A stretch of 33,038 bases of DNA from a virus (lineage: Duplodnaviria > Caudoviricetes), in the IMG/VR virus record IMGVR_UViG_3300027863_000112, positions 1-33,038 of that record; one strand, given 5' to 3'. Positions 24,881 to 33,038 of this stretch are shown here, piece after piece (the stretch's first letter is position 1; the number at the start of each line of letters is the position of its first letter). Position numbers and translations under genes: made by a program. The notes below the pieces were generated by a model. The model ran no database searches, was not told the DNA's origin, and saw only the letters and a list, made by a program, of their open reading frames with translations.

Positions 24881-26968
24881 ATGCGCATCCCTTTTTTGAA
24901 TATTGAAATTTTGAAAGCGAACGATTTTAGTAATATACTAAAGCAAGCGCAGATAAATAATTTTGAACAAATTGCAGCACGGCCACAGGTTAACCAAATT
25001 TTATCGCTTGCAGGTTCCGATGCGCTGCCTAATTACCCTGTCAATCCACGCATGCTTTACGAGATGGCTTATTACTCCGACGTGTTGCGAACAATTATCA
25101 ACGCTCTACGTGTTGAGATTTTTAGAAACGGCGCAGAGGTTAAAGAAAAATTTGTTGTAAAATGCACACAGTGCGGGAAGGAATTTCAGCATGAGGATAA
25201 AGATATGCGTTGCGATATCTGCGGTGGGCAATTACGAGAACCAAACATTCAGCAGAAAATCACACTTGAGCAGTTGGTGGAGAAAGTCAATGAGAACGAG
25301 CAGACATTGCTTGATGTCTGCAAATCAGTTGAGGACGACCTCAACATTATGGATATCGGATACTTCATCGTGCGCAAGGAATACGAGTTGCAAAATAACC
25401 AAATTGTAGACTCAAAAGTTGTTGAGATAATCAGAGGCGACCCGTTGAGCATGCGCATCATTGCAGATAAAACTGGGCGCATGGGATACGACGTCAACGG
25501 AAAAGAAATCAAAGTCTGTATCCAACACAGAGACACGCCGCAGGATGGGACTAAATGCAGAATTTGTGGGTTACCACTCTTTAGAGCCTATTACAAAACA
25601 AGAGTTAAGGAAGCGTGGCATTATTATATCAAAGGCGAGGTCTTGCACGTTAATAAATATTCAACGTTGCTATATGGCTTCCCACCTACGTTGACGTTGT
25701 GGCTCAAACTTTCAACGCTTTTAGCGCAGGATAGGTATATCAGATTATATTACCAACTACAGCGAACACCGAGGGGACTTCTATTTATTGCTTCTAAGAA
25801 TGCGGAAAGTTTTCAAAAGGCATATCTTGCAGCGCTTGAAACTGCACGCAATAATCCACACGCAATAACCCCCATCGTTGTTGAAAATGAAGGACGGGCG
25901 CTTGCGGAATTCATAGACTTATCACATTCGTTAGAGGAGATGCAATTCACAGAAGTAAGAAATGAATTTAGGCGGGTAATTGGTGGGCTTTACGGCGTTA
26001 TGCCTATCTTCCAAGCAGACGTTGAAACATCGGGCGGACTAAATCAAGAACGCTTGCAGATTACCGTCACCTCACGAGCAGTTAGGTCAGGGCAGGAAAT
26101 CTATAATCAAAAAGTTTTTAGATGGTTATTAAATCAAATCGGAATAACAGATTACGAATACGTGTTAAAGAGCGTTGAAATGAGAGACGAGTTAAGAGAG
26201 GAAGAGATTAAGAGCGCAAAGATAACGAACGCAATTAACATGCAAGCACTTGGATTTGATATCAACATAGACGAGGAAGGTAATTTAGTTGCAGTTAAAC
26301 GAAAAACAGAAGAGACAACAGCGCAAGAGCAGACGCAAGCAGTGGAACCACAACAATTCAAATATTTTGGCGAAGATGGTGCTCCAATTGCTTCGTTAGA
26401 GCGTTCAACTGATTTAATCAAAGAGGATATGAACGACGAGGATAAAATAGAGTTGTTGTATTCGTTCGCAGGAAAAGAGATTAATAAGGAATTTATTCCG
26501 CGCCTAAGAAAAGAAGATAAACGCAAACTCAAGCGTTCATTATTTCCACGTTTCAAGACTATGAGTAAAACAGCATCAGAACGAATCAAATCAAAGTTTC
26601 TCGATTGGTTGCTTAGGAAAGTTTCACTTAATGAATTGATAGAAAAAATCAAAAAAGAAGGAAACGTTAGCGAAGAAGAAGCAGAACGGATAGCACGAAC
26701 AGAAAGCCACGAATTATACAGCAAATTAAGGGAGTTGGCGTATAGAGATTTAGACCCCGAGGGTGAGCGCAAATATCGGTGGGTTGGACCGCAAGACCAC
26801 CGAACAACAAACATCTGCAAGCGGATTAAACAACGAACACGAAACGGCGTTGATTTAGACATGCTTAAACGCATAATCAAAGAAGAAGCAGAACGTGAAG
26901 GAATAGAAGCCAGGGAATGGACGCCACATCCGAACTGCAGACATACCGCTGTTGTGGTGGTTGAATGA
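24881..26968 (+). CDS. Portal protein with Zn-ribbon insertions, fused to a C-terminal MuF (Mu gpF/SPP1 gp7-like) domain
   Basis: Position after TerL. Portal-like core (DDLNIMDIGY, YGFPP, RRVIGGLYGVMP). CTQC/CDIC and CIQH/CRIC. MuF motifs AERIARTE, W..PQDHRTTNIC, PHPNCRH. Confidence 0.85.
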   Translation: MRIPFLNIEILKANDFSNILKQAQINNFEQIAARPQVNQILSLAGSDALPNYPVNPRMLYEMAYYSDVLRTIINALRVEIFRNGAEVKEKFVVKCTQCGKEFQHEDKDMRCDICGGQLREPNIQQKITLEQLVEKVNENEQTLLDVCKSVEDDLNIMDIGYFIVRKEYELQNNQIVDSKVVEIIRGDPLSMRIIADKTGRMGYDVNGKEIKVCIQHRDTPQDGTKCRICGLPLFRAYYKTRVKEAWHYYIKGEVLHVNKYSTLLYGFPPTLTLWLKLSTLLAQDRYIRLYYQLQRTPRGLLFIASKNAESFQKAYLAALETARNNPHAITPIVVENEGRALAEFIDLSHSLEEMQFTEVRNEFRRVIGGLYGVMPIFQADVETSGGLNQERLQITVTSRAVRSGQEIYNQKVFRWLLNQIGITDYEYVLKSVEMRDELREEEIKSAKITNAINMQALGFDINIDEEGNLVAVKRKTEETTAQEQTQAVEPQQFKYFGEDGAPIASLERSTDLIKEDMNDEDKIELLYSFAGKEINKEFIPRLRKEDKRKLKRSLFPRFKTMSKTASERIKSKFLDWLLRKVSLNELIEKIKKEGNVSEEEAERIARTESHELYSKLRELAYRDLDPEGERKYRWVGPQDHRTTNICKRIKQRTRNGVDLDMLKRIIKEEAEREGIEAREWTPHPNCRHTAVVVVE

Positions 26969-28236
26969 AAGTTCTAATTGTTGGGAAAGACGCTTTAGCG
27001 CTTGACTTTTGCAACAGTCTAAAGAAGGACGGTGTGGATGTTAAATGGTATATCCAAGACCCAGAGCAGCACGAAATCGGCGAAGGGATAATTAACAAGA
27101 GTGAGGACTGGGAAAAAGACAAAGACTGGGCAGACGTAATCGTATTTGAGGACACGGGCTTTGGAACACGAGCAAGCGAATTAAAAGAGGATGGTTACGT
27201 TATCGTTGGTGGAGCGGAACTATGTGACAACTTAGAAGCTAAAAGAGATTTTGGCGCTCAAGTTGCGAAGGAATATATGGATTTGCTCATTCCGAAGGAT
27301 TACGAATTTAACGATTTTGAAGAAGCGATAAATTTCATTAAAGAAAATCCGAAACGCTACGTTGTAAAATTCAACGGCAACGCTGGAAACATAAAAGATT
27401 TGGTGTATTGTGGAAAGATAAAAAGCGGTGAGGATGTAATAGAAATTTTGTATTATTACAAAAAGATTTGGCAAAAAGAATGGGGCGACGTTTCATTTAT
27501 TTTGCAAGAATTTATCCAAGGGATAGAAGTTGGGATTACGGGATATTTTGACGGCAGCAGTTGGGTCATGCCATATTACATAGACCACGAGTATAAATAT
27601 AATCTTGCTGGCAACGTTGGCGTTCTTACGGGGCAAGAAGGCGAAGCGATGCGTTGGTTTGAAGAGCCAACCGATTTATTCAATTCAACGTTTAAAAAAT
27701 TAATCCCATTACTCAAAAAAGCAGGATATGTTGGTTCATTTAATATCAACGGAATCGCAAACGAAGACGGCTATCATTTTTTGGAATTTACTCCACGTTT
27801 TGGTTATAATTCAACGAGTATTGAATTAGAATTTTTCAAACACAATGGATACGGTGCAAAAGATTTACTCAATCGCTTAATTTCTAATGAATATTTCGAG
27901 CCTCACCCTACGTATTCATTAGGTGTTTTGATTACAATTCCACCTTATCCGCACAGGATAGAATCCATAGACCCCTCTGGAATTCCAATTTCTTTCCTGC
28001 GTTATGTTTCATTCCACCCGCATGAAGTCAAACAAGCGAACGATATACTGCAGACAGCAGGAACGTTAGGTTACATTGGAACAGTTGCATCTGCAGGGAG
28101 TGTATTTGAATTAGTCCAAAAGCGAGTTTATGAGAGCATTAATGATATTGTGCTGCCACGCATTCAATACAGAAATGATATCGGCGATAATTTCATAACA
28201 CAATTAGAACAATTAGAAGAGTGGGGTTATCTCTAA
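26965..28236 (+). CDS. ATP-grasp ligase, phosphoribosylamine-glycine ligase (PurD)-like
   Basis: Pre-ATP-grasp Rossmann-like start MKVLIVG; YVVKFNG; FILQEFIQGIEV; HEYK..AGNVG.LTG; FLEFTPRFG; C-terminal YRNDIG. Confidence 0.85.
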   Translation: MKVLIVGKDALALDFCNSLKKDGVDVKWYIQDPEQHEIGEGIINKSEDWEKDKDWADVIVFEDTGFGTRASELKEDGYVIVGGAELCDNLEAKRDFGAQVAKEYMDLLIPKDYEFNDFEEAINFIKENPKRYVVKFNGNAGNIKDLVYCGKIKSGEDVIEILYYYKKIWQKEWGDVSFILQEFIQGIEVGITGYFDGSSWVMPYYIDHEYKYNLAGNVGVLTGQEGEAMRWFEEPTDLFNSTFKKLIPLLKKAGYVGSFNINGIANEDGYHFLEFTPRFGYNSTSIELEFFKHNGYGAKDLLNRLISNEYFEPHPTYSLGVLITIPPYPHRIESIDPSGIPISFLRYVSFHPHEVKQANDILQTAGTLGYIGTVASAGSVFELVQKRVYESINDIVLPRIQYRNDIGDNFITQLEQLEEWGYL

Positions 28237-28251
28237 AGTTTCTCAAATACG

Positions 28252-28259
28252 TTTATAAA
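28252..28259 (+). promoter_or_regulatory. TATA box for the protease-MCP operon (leaderless)
   Basis: TTTATAAA about 24 nt upstream of ATG 28283. Confidence 0.55.
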
Positions 28260-28282
28260 TTTTGCAAGCGTTGGAGTTTAGC

Positions 28283-29617
28283 ATGGTAGAACAATATCCT
28301 GTTAACGAAATTCTCAATGATAACGAACGAATTTTTACAGCGTGGGCGACAGTTGAAGCAAAAGACAAAGTAGGCGAAATAATACCTATGGAAGAGGTTA
28401 AGCGCCTTATGCCTGTCTATATTGAACGTGGCGCTCCACTAATTGACCAACACACAAATAAAGTTGTTGGCAAAGTAATCAATTATGCATTCAAAGAGCA
28501 TCCAGAAACGAAGAAAGAAGGGCTTTTTATAACAGCAAAAGTTTTTGACCATTACGATTTAGATGACCAAGTTTGGAATGAGATTAAGCAAGGAATACGA
28601 CGGGGAATAAGTTTTGGAGGCAGCAGAAAAAAGAAATTACAGAAAACAATAGACGGTGAGCAAGTCAGCGAATTAAGAAACCTTGAATTATACGAATTTT
28701 CAACGGTGCGTGAACCTGCTAATCCTTATGCTCTTAATGAGCAGGTGAATTTCGTGGCAAAATCTGAAAATACCGACGTTCAAAAACCCTTCGCAGGGTA
28801 TAAGAATTTTGAAGACTGCGTAAATCAAAATAAGGATAAGGACGACCCGCAAGCATATTGTGCAGCGATAATGCATAGAGTAGAAGGCAAGGCAAATAAA
28901 GAATCGGAAGACGTGGATAAACCCGAGGACGCGAGACCGCCGAAACAGTGGTGGAATAAATGCATACGACGTGTTAAGGAAGGAATGCCGAGTTATACAG
29001 ATGAGCAAGCTGCTGCAGTTTGTGGTTCAATGTGGTTCCACGAATGGGGTATGGGCACAAAGAAGGAAGACCCTGATAACGCGCCAATAGATTTTAAAAT
29101 CATACATGAAAAAATGCAAACAATTAAAAGTATTCTGTATGGTGGTGATATAATGAATAATGAAATGAAAAAAGAAGAGGCGAAGGCAACCGAAACAAAG
29201 AAAGAGCCCGAGTTGCCAAAGCCTGTTGAAGAGAAGCCCCCTGAGGAAAAGAAACCGAGGGGAGAAAAAGAAAAACAAGAAGAGCCACGTTTCTCGGATG
29301 AGTTAATAGAGCGTTTGACGAAAATTGAAGGTGCGCTTAATAAATTGATTGCGATGCTGGGTGAAGACGAAGAAGTTGAGGAGAGCACGAAAGCAAAGAA
29401 AACAAAGCCTCCCGAAAAAATTGAAAAGAAACAAGAAGAAGTTGTTAAACAGAATTATCCCATCGTGAAAGTTGATACAACACCAAGACCAGTTCAAGAT
29501 AAAATAATTTACAACAATGAAAGCGAGGATAATATTGTTCTTGATATGCTGCGGGGCTCAAAGAACCCATCGTGGCGTGAGTTGACTGAGTTGGTCAACA
29601 AGAAAAGAAATTTTTAA
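28283..29617 (+). CDS. HK97-type prohead protease fused to Cys mini-domains and a charged scaffold-like tail
   Basis: KDKVGEII, LIDQH (His), GISFGG (Ser), LYEFSTVREPANP; E/K/P-rich C-terminal region. Confidence 0.88.
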   Translation: MVEQYPVNEILNDNERIFTAWATVEAKDKVGEIIPMEEVKRLMPVYIERGAPLIDQHTNKVVGKVINYAFKEHPETKKEGLFITAKVFDHYDLDDQVWNEIKQGIRRGISFGGSRKKKLQKTIDGEQVSELRNLELYEFSTVREPANPYALNEQVNFVAKSENTDVQKPFAGYKNFEDCVNQNKDKDDPQAYCAAIMHRVEGKANKESEDVDKPEDARPPKQWWNKCIRRVKEGMPSYTDEQAAAVCGSMWFHEWGMGTKKEDPDNAPIDFKIIHEKMQTIKSILYGGDIMNNEMKKEEAKATETKKEPELPKPVEEKPPEEKKPRGEKEKQEEPRFSDELIERLTKIEGALNKLIAMLGEDEEVEESTKAKKTKPPEKIEKKQEEVVKQNYPIVKVDTTPRPVQDKIIYNNESEDNIVLDMLRGSKNPSWRELTELVNKKRNF

Positions 29618-29631
29618 TGAGGTGAATAATA

Positions 29632-30825
29632 ATGGGAAACGCATTTGAATTTAAAACAATTCAAGATATGGAGCGCTATTACTACGGCGGTATTGGCGCA
29701 ATGTTGAATGAGACTGAAACAATTGCGAAAGCAGACGCACCGATAACAATTGGAACAACGGGCGTCTATAACGCTGTGTATGGCGCCAAGGTTTGGAGCA
29801 TTCTCAATCACGAGGCAAACGTCTTTGGAGTTCTGCCTAAAGTACCGTGGGCAAGGGCTGGACATCGTGTAATCACTGCACGGTCTGCAACGATGCCGTT
29901 CGGTGGGCGTGCAGAAGCGGCAACGCTTCCAGACAGCGTTAAGCCAACGATTTCAGTATTCAAGACTACACCGAAGACTAACGCAAGCGTCTACGAGTTG
30001 AGCGAATTGGAGCGTGCGCTTGCAGAACAGAGCGAAGACGACGTTGGTCCAGATTATGCGCAATTAGTTGCTTACGCAGGTATAGAGCATGCAGAAGATA
30101 TTAACGTTGCATTGACAACTCAAAACGGAACGCTTGCAGGAGACCAATTTGATAGTATTGACCGTGTAGTTGCTTCGTATTCCGAATTATCCAATTGCAG
30201 AGAAAACGACGAGATTACATCTTACTCCGCGGGCGATTTGGACATCTATGGACTTGACAGGGACGGCGGCGCTTCATTTGCAGACGCATATGTCAATCAT
30301 AACTCCTCAACACTGCGTTCATTGACCGACGAAATAATTAGGGACGTTCTTGTTAACGTGCAGCAGAACGGCGGGCAACCGACGCTGTGGCTCACGGGCT
30401 GGGATACCTACAGCGCAATAACAGGGCTCTATGACATCCAAGTTCGGTATTCCGTGCTGGGGCAGACGACTGCAAAAATCGGCGTGAACGGAATTCAAAC
30501 GCAGGATGGGATTGGCGTTGGAATTAACGTTGCGACGCTTTACGGCATACCTCTGATAATTTCAAAGAACGTTGTTCAGGACGCTCAGAGTTCAGGCGGT
30601 ATTTCAAGACTTTATCTGCTTGACACCTCCAATCCAGAAGGCGACGACTACCCAAGGCTTTGCTTCAAAGTCCTCAAGCCAACTCAGTTCTTTGAGGCAG
30701 GGATTACCAGCGGAACACCATTCGGCGTCAACAAGTTAAGCGATAAGATAATGTATAGGACTGCGGGCGAGTTGACTTGCAGGCACTTCAAAGCACAAGG
30801 CAAAGCAAGAGACTTGAAGAAGTAA
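29632..30825 (+). CDS. Major capsid protein (HK97 fold)
   Basis: 397 aa directly after the protease, SD GAGGTGA, TLYGIPLIISKNV. The N-terminus (TIQDMERYYYG...YGAKVWSILN) resembles, from memory, magrovirus-type archaeal MCPs. Confidence 0.88.
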   Translation: MGNAFEFKTIQDMERYYYGGIGAMLNETETIAKADAPITIGTTGVYNAVYGAKVWSILNHEANVFGVLPKVPWARAGHRVITARSATMPFGGRAEAATLPDSVKPTISVFKTTPKTNASVYELSELERALAEQSEDDVGPDYAQLVAYAGIEHAEDINVALTTQNGTLAGDQFDSIDRVVASYSELSNCRENDEITSYSAGDLDIYGLDRDGGASFADAYVNHNSSTLRSLTDEIIRDVLVNVQQNGGQPTLWLTGWDTYSAITGLYDIQVRYSVLGQTTAKIGVNGIQTQDGIGVGINVATLYGIPLIISKNVVQDAQSSGGISRLYLLDTSNPEGDDYPRLCFKVLKPTQFFEAGITSGTPFGVNKLSDKIMYRTAGELTCRHFKAQGKARDLKK

Positions 30826-30831
30826 ATTAAT

Positions 30832-30858
30832 TGAGGAGGTCAACGCCTCCTCATTTTT
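30832..30858 (+). terminator. Hairpin plus T-tract after MCP
   Basis: TGAGGAGG-tcaacg-CCTCCTCA-TTTTT. Confidence 0.6.
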
Positions 30859-30881
30859 AAAATTTTATATGAGGTGAAAAA

Positions 30882-31226
30882 ATGGCGTTAACGATAACGT
30901 ATAGAAGTCAGACATACAAAACAGATAATAAATTTTTGGCTCATATCGCTTCACGTGGTGGTTTTGTTGCTGGTAGTATCGCTTTTGACAATTCATATCC
31001 AACGGGCGGTGAAAGTTTTGATTTGAGGGGGCAGTTCAATGGCAAAGACCCTTATTTAGTCCTGTTTGAAGCAAATTCGGGCTATGTATTTCAATATGAT
31101 TATACGAACAGAAAAGTAAAAGCATATTACACTTCAACAAGTGGTGGTGCGCTCGTTGAAGTTCCGAACGCAGCTGATTTATCTTCATTAACTGACGTTC
31201 GTTTCGTAGCATTCGGTTATCTGTAG
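30882..31226 (+). CDS. Putative capsid decoration/head-associated protein
   Basis: Directly after MCP; FDNSYPTGGE...GYVFQYD..N.KVKAY...EVPNAADLS pattern. Confidence 0.6.
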   Translation: MALTITYRSQTYKTDNKFLAHIASRGGFVAGSIAFDNSYPTGGESFDLRGQFNGKDPYLVLFEANSGYVFQYDYTNRKVKAYYTSTSGGALVEVPNAADLSSLTDVRFVAFGYL

Positions 31227-31236
31227 GTGCTAGCAA

Positions 31237-31599
31237 ATGGCAGAAGTAGAAAAGACAGAAAAAATAGGCGCAGTGATGCGCTACCACGGCACGAAGACCA
31301 ATTCAAACGCTACGGTAACCACCTCTGTTTCAGATGTTATCAGTGCAACAGAAATAAGAGGAGCGACGGGTTTCTTTGCAATTAAAAATACGGGTGCAAA
31401 TAGTGTTGTTGTGTATCCAAGAATTTCCGCGGATGGCAGTGAGTGGTTTGAGTTGGACAACGGCAGCGGAACGACTATCGCAGCATCTGGGAAATATATA
31501 ATCTCATGGGTTGGGACGTATCGTTTCATTAAATTATCTGCTGCGACTACATCGGGGACTACTACAATCAATGCATATCTCTACTACGCAAAGGCTTGA
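31237..31599 (+). CDS. Beta-rich putative virion protein
   Basis: 120 aa, T/S/G-rich beta-sandwich-like sequence (IKNTGANS, SADGSEW). Confidence 0.55.
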   Translation: MAEVEKTEKIGAVMRYHGTKTNSNATVTTSVSDVISATEIRGATGFFAIKNTGANSVVVYPRISADGSEWFELDNGSGTTIAASGKYIISWVGTYRFIKLSAATTSGTTTINAYLYYAKA

Positions 31600-31611
31600 T
31601 GGTAATGCGAT

Positions 31612-33038
31612 ATGGCAACAATCTACTCAAACGGAACGGGGGGCGGGAATTGGAGTAGTGGTAGTTCTTGGCAGGGTGGCGCAGTTCCTACTTCTTCGGA
31701 TGACGTTATTATTCAAGTAGGAGATACTATTTTACTCGACGTTAACGTTGCTGTGAATTCAATTTGGATTAACGGAGTATTAAACATATCAACATATTCT
31801 ATTAATTCGCCAACGTTCACTGTAGCGAGTGGTGGAGTAGTTCAAACGAGCACTGGAACAATAACGGCAGCTACCTCTCTTGAAATACATGGAACGCTTG
31901 GAACAGCAAATACAGCGTATATATTATCGTGCGGGGCTCTATCTATATTTTCCGATGGAACTTTCAACGCTCCAAATAGTTCGGGTTCATGCACAATTTC
32001 AGGAAATCTAAGTTATTATGTTGGTGGAACGTTTAACCACAATAATGGAACAATCACACTCAACGCCGCCTCAAATAATATTGATATTTCAGGGTCTATG
32101 ACATTTTGGAATTTGACAGCGCAAGGAAGTTATCAAACAAAATTCAACAATAGTACTAACGTCCAAAATGTATTAACTTTTTCGGGTGCGGGTTGGAAAA
32201 CATTAGCGAATGGGGTTGAGTTGACAATCGGGCACTCTGGTAATGCGGGTTCATTTAGCAATTCATGCTCAAACGCATTCAGAACAAATGAAGCAAACGC
32301 AATATTTACGGTGCAAGGTTATCTTTCAACAACAAGGACACCATGCACGGGTAGTAATTGGTATTTTGGTGCGGATGCCCAAAACGTCGTGCTCAAAACA
32401 AAAAATCTTGATTTTCAGTTTAACATTTCTACTGTCGGTGGAAACAACAATTATACGTGGGAAATTATAGATAACGTGAAAGTTGGGTGGGTGTATATTA
32501 ATGGACAAGATACATGGAAATGTACCACGCCTGGCGCAGTAATTGATGGAGGTTCGTCTGGTAGCGCTCAAGTAATTTATGGAAAAATCTATTTTGAAGG
32601 GACAAGCGCAAATCCTCTCCAACTCGGAAAAAATACTATCTGGGGTGGACTTAACGTAGCTGGGAATAACTCTTCTATATATCTCAAATATGTAAATATG
32701 AAGAGTTATTACGCTGCTTTTGCATTTGGATACCCTGCACAAGTTGCAGGATACAATCAAATAGTAATTGAAAATAATTCATTCACGACGTATACGACTG
32801 GCGACCCCTCTATCCATATGTATAATTGCACAGTTCCGATTACAATCAAGGATAGTATTATTACAAGCGCTACAGGGGCTCAAATAAGTATATATTTTTA
32901 CCTTAATGGAAAATTACAATTCGAAAATACCATTTATAACAAATCAGTTAAATTTTATGGTGGAGGTAATAATCGTTGGTTCGTTAACAAAAAATCCAAC
33001 GGCGATTTTGATGTTTACGGGCAATTTAACAGTGAAGA
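31612..33038 (+). CDS. Large beta-rich adhesin/fibre protein (G8-like start), 3'-truncated, not in ORF track
   Basis: MATIYSNGTGGGNWSSGSSWQGGAVPTSSDDVII... The frame stays open with no stop to the window end. Confidence 0.8.
   Translation, partial: MATIYSNGTGGGNWSSGSSWQGGAVPTSSDDVIIQVGDTILLDVNVAVNSIWINGVLNISTYSINSPTFTVASGGVVQTSTGTITAATSLEIHGTLGTANTAYILSCGALSIFSDGTFNAPNSSGSCTISGNLSYYVGGTFNHNNGTITLNAASNNIDISGSMTFWNLTAQGSYQTKFNNSTNVQNVLTFSGAGWKTLANGVELTIGHSGNAGSFSNSCSNAFRTNEANAIFTVQGYLSTTRTPCTGSNWYFGADAQNVVLKTKNLDFQFNISTVGGNNNYTWEIIDNVKVGWVYINGQDTWKCTTPGAVIDGGSSGSAQVIYGKIYFEGTSANPLQLGKNTIWGGLNVAGNNSSIYLKYVNMKSYYAAFAFGYPAQVAGYNQIVIENNSFTTYTTGDPSIHMYNCTVPITIKDSIITSATGAQISIYFYLNGKLQFENTIYNKSVKFYGGGNNRWFVNKKSNGDFDVYGQFNSE

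Larger units (their letters stand above)
17660..33038 (+). mobile_element. Unit B: archaeal Caudoviricetes (HK97-fold head) virus, truncated at window end
   Basis: TerS-TerL-portal/MuF-protease-MCP in canonical order, behind a replication cassette homologous to that of unit A. Confidence 0.9.

Noticed and set aside
26152-26880. 242-aa minus-strand ORF
   Set aside because: Antisense shadow of the portal-MuF gene; S/L-rich, with no motif or RBS.
26965-28236. Assigning gene symbol purD
   Set aside because: The fold is clear, but the substrate loop differs and the context is structural, so the function is not established.

Overview
Archaeal viral DNA, judged by AGGTGA/GAGGTG ribosome-binding sites, BRE-TATA promoters and N-glycosylation sequons. 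No host housekeeping genes, tRNA, rRNA or CRISPR array were seen. The window reads as two tandem units that start with the same sequence: 1-126 is identical to 17660-17785. Both carry a homologous replication cassette: AEP primase, SF3/D5-like helicase, non-coding repeat-rich putative origin, ~90-aa protein and double-HTH protein. Their morphogenesis modules are unrelated. Unit A (1-17659) looks like an enveloped spindle-shaped-type virus, with a small hydrophobic-hairpin capsid candidate, a large glycosylated membrane-anchored adhesin, many membrane proteins, a P-loop ATPase, RHH and C2H2 regulators and a short tyrosine recombinase. Unit B (17660 to window end, truncated) is a head-tail HK97-type virus, with TerS, TerL, a portal carrying Zn ribbons and a fused MuF domain, a PurD-like ATP-grasp enzyme inside the head operon, protease-scaffold, MCP, a decoration protein and a large adhesin. 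This sequence alone cannot tell whether the join is a real cointegrate or an assembly chimera of two related co-occurring viruses. All family assignments come from motif recognition by eye, not database searches.
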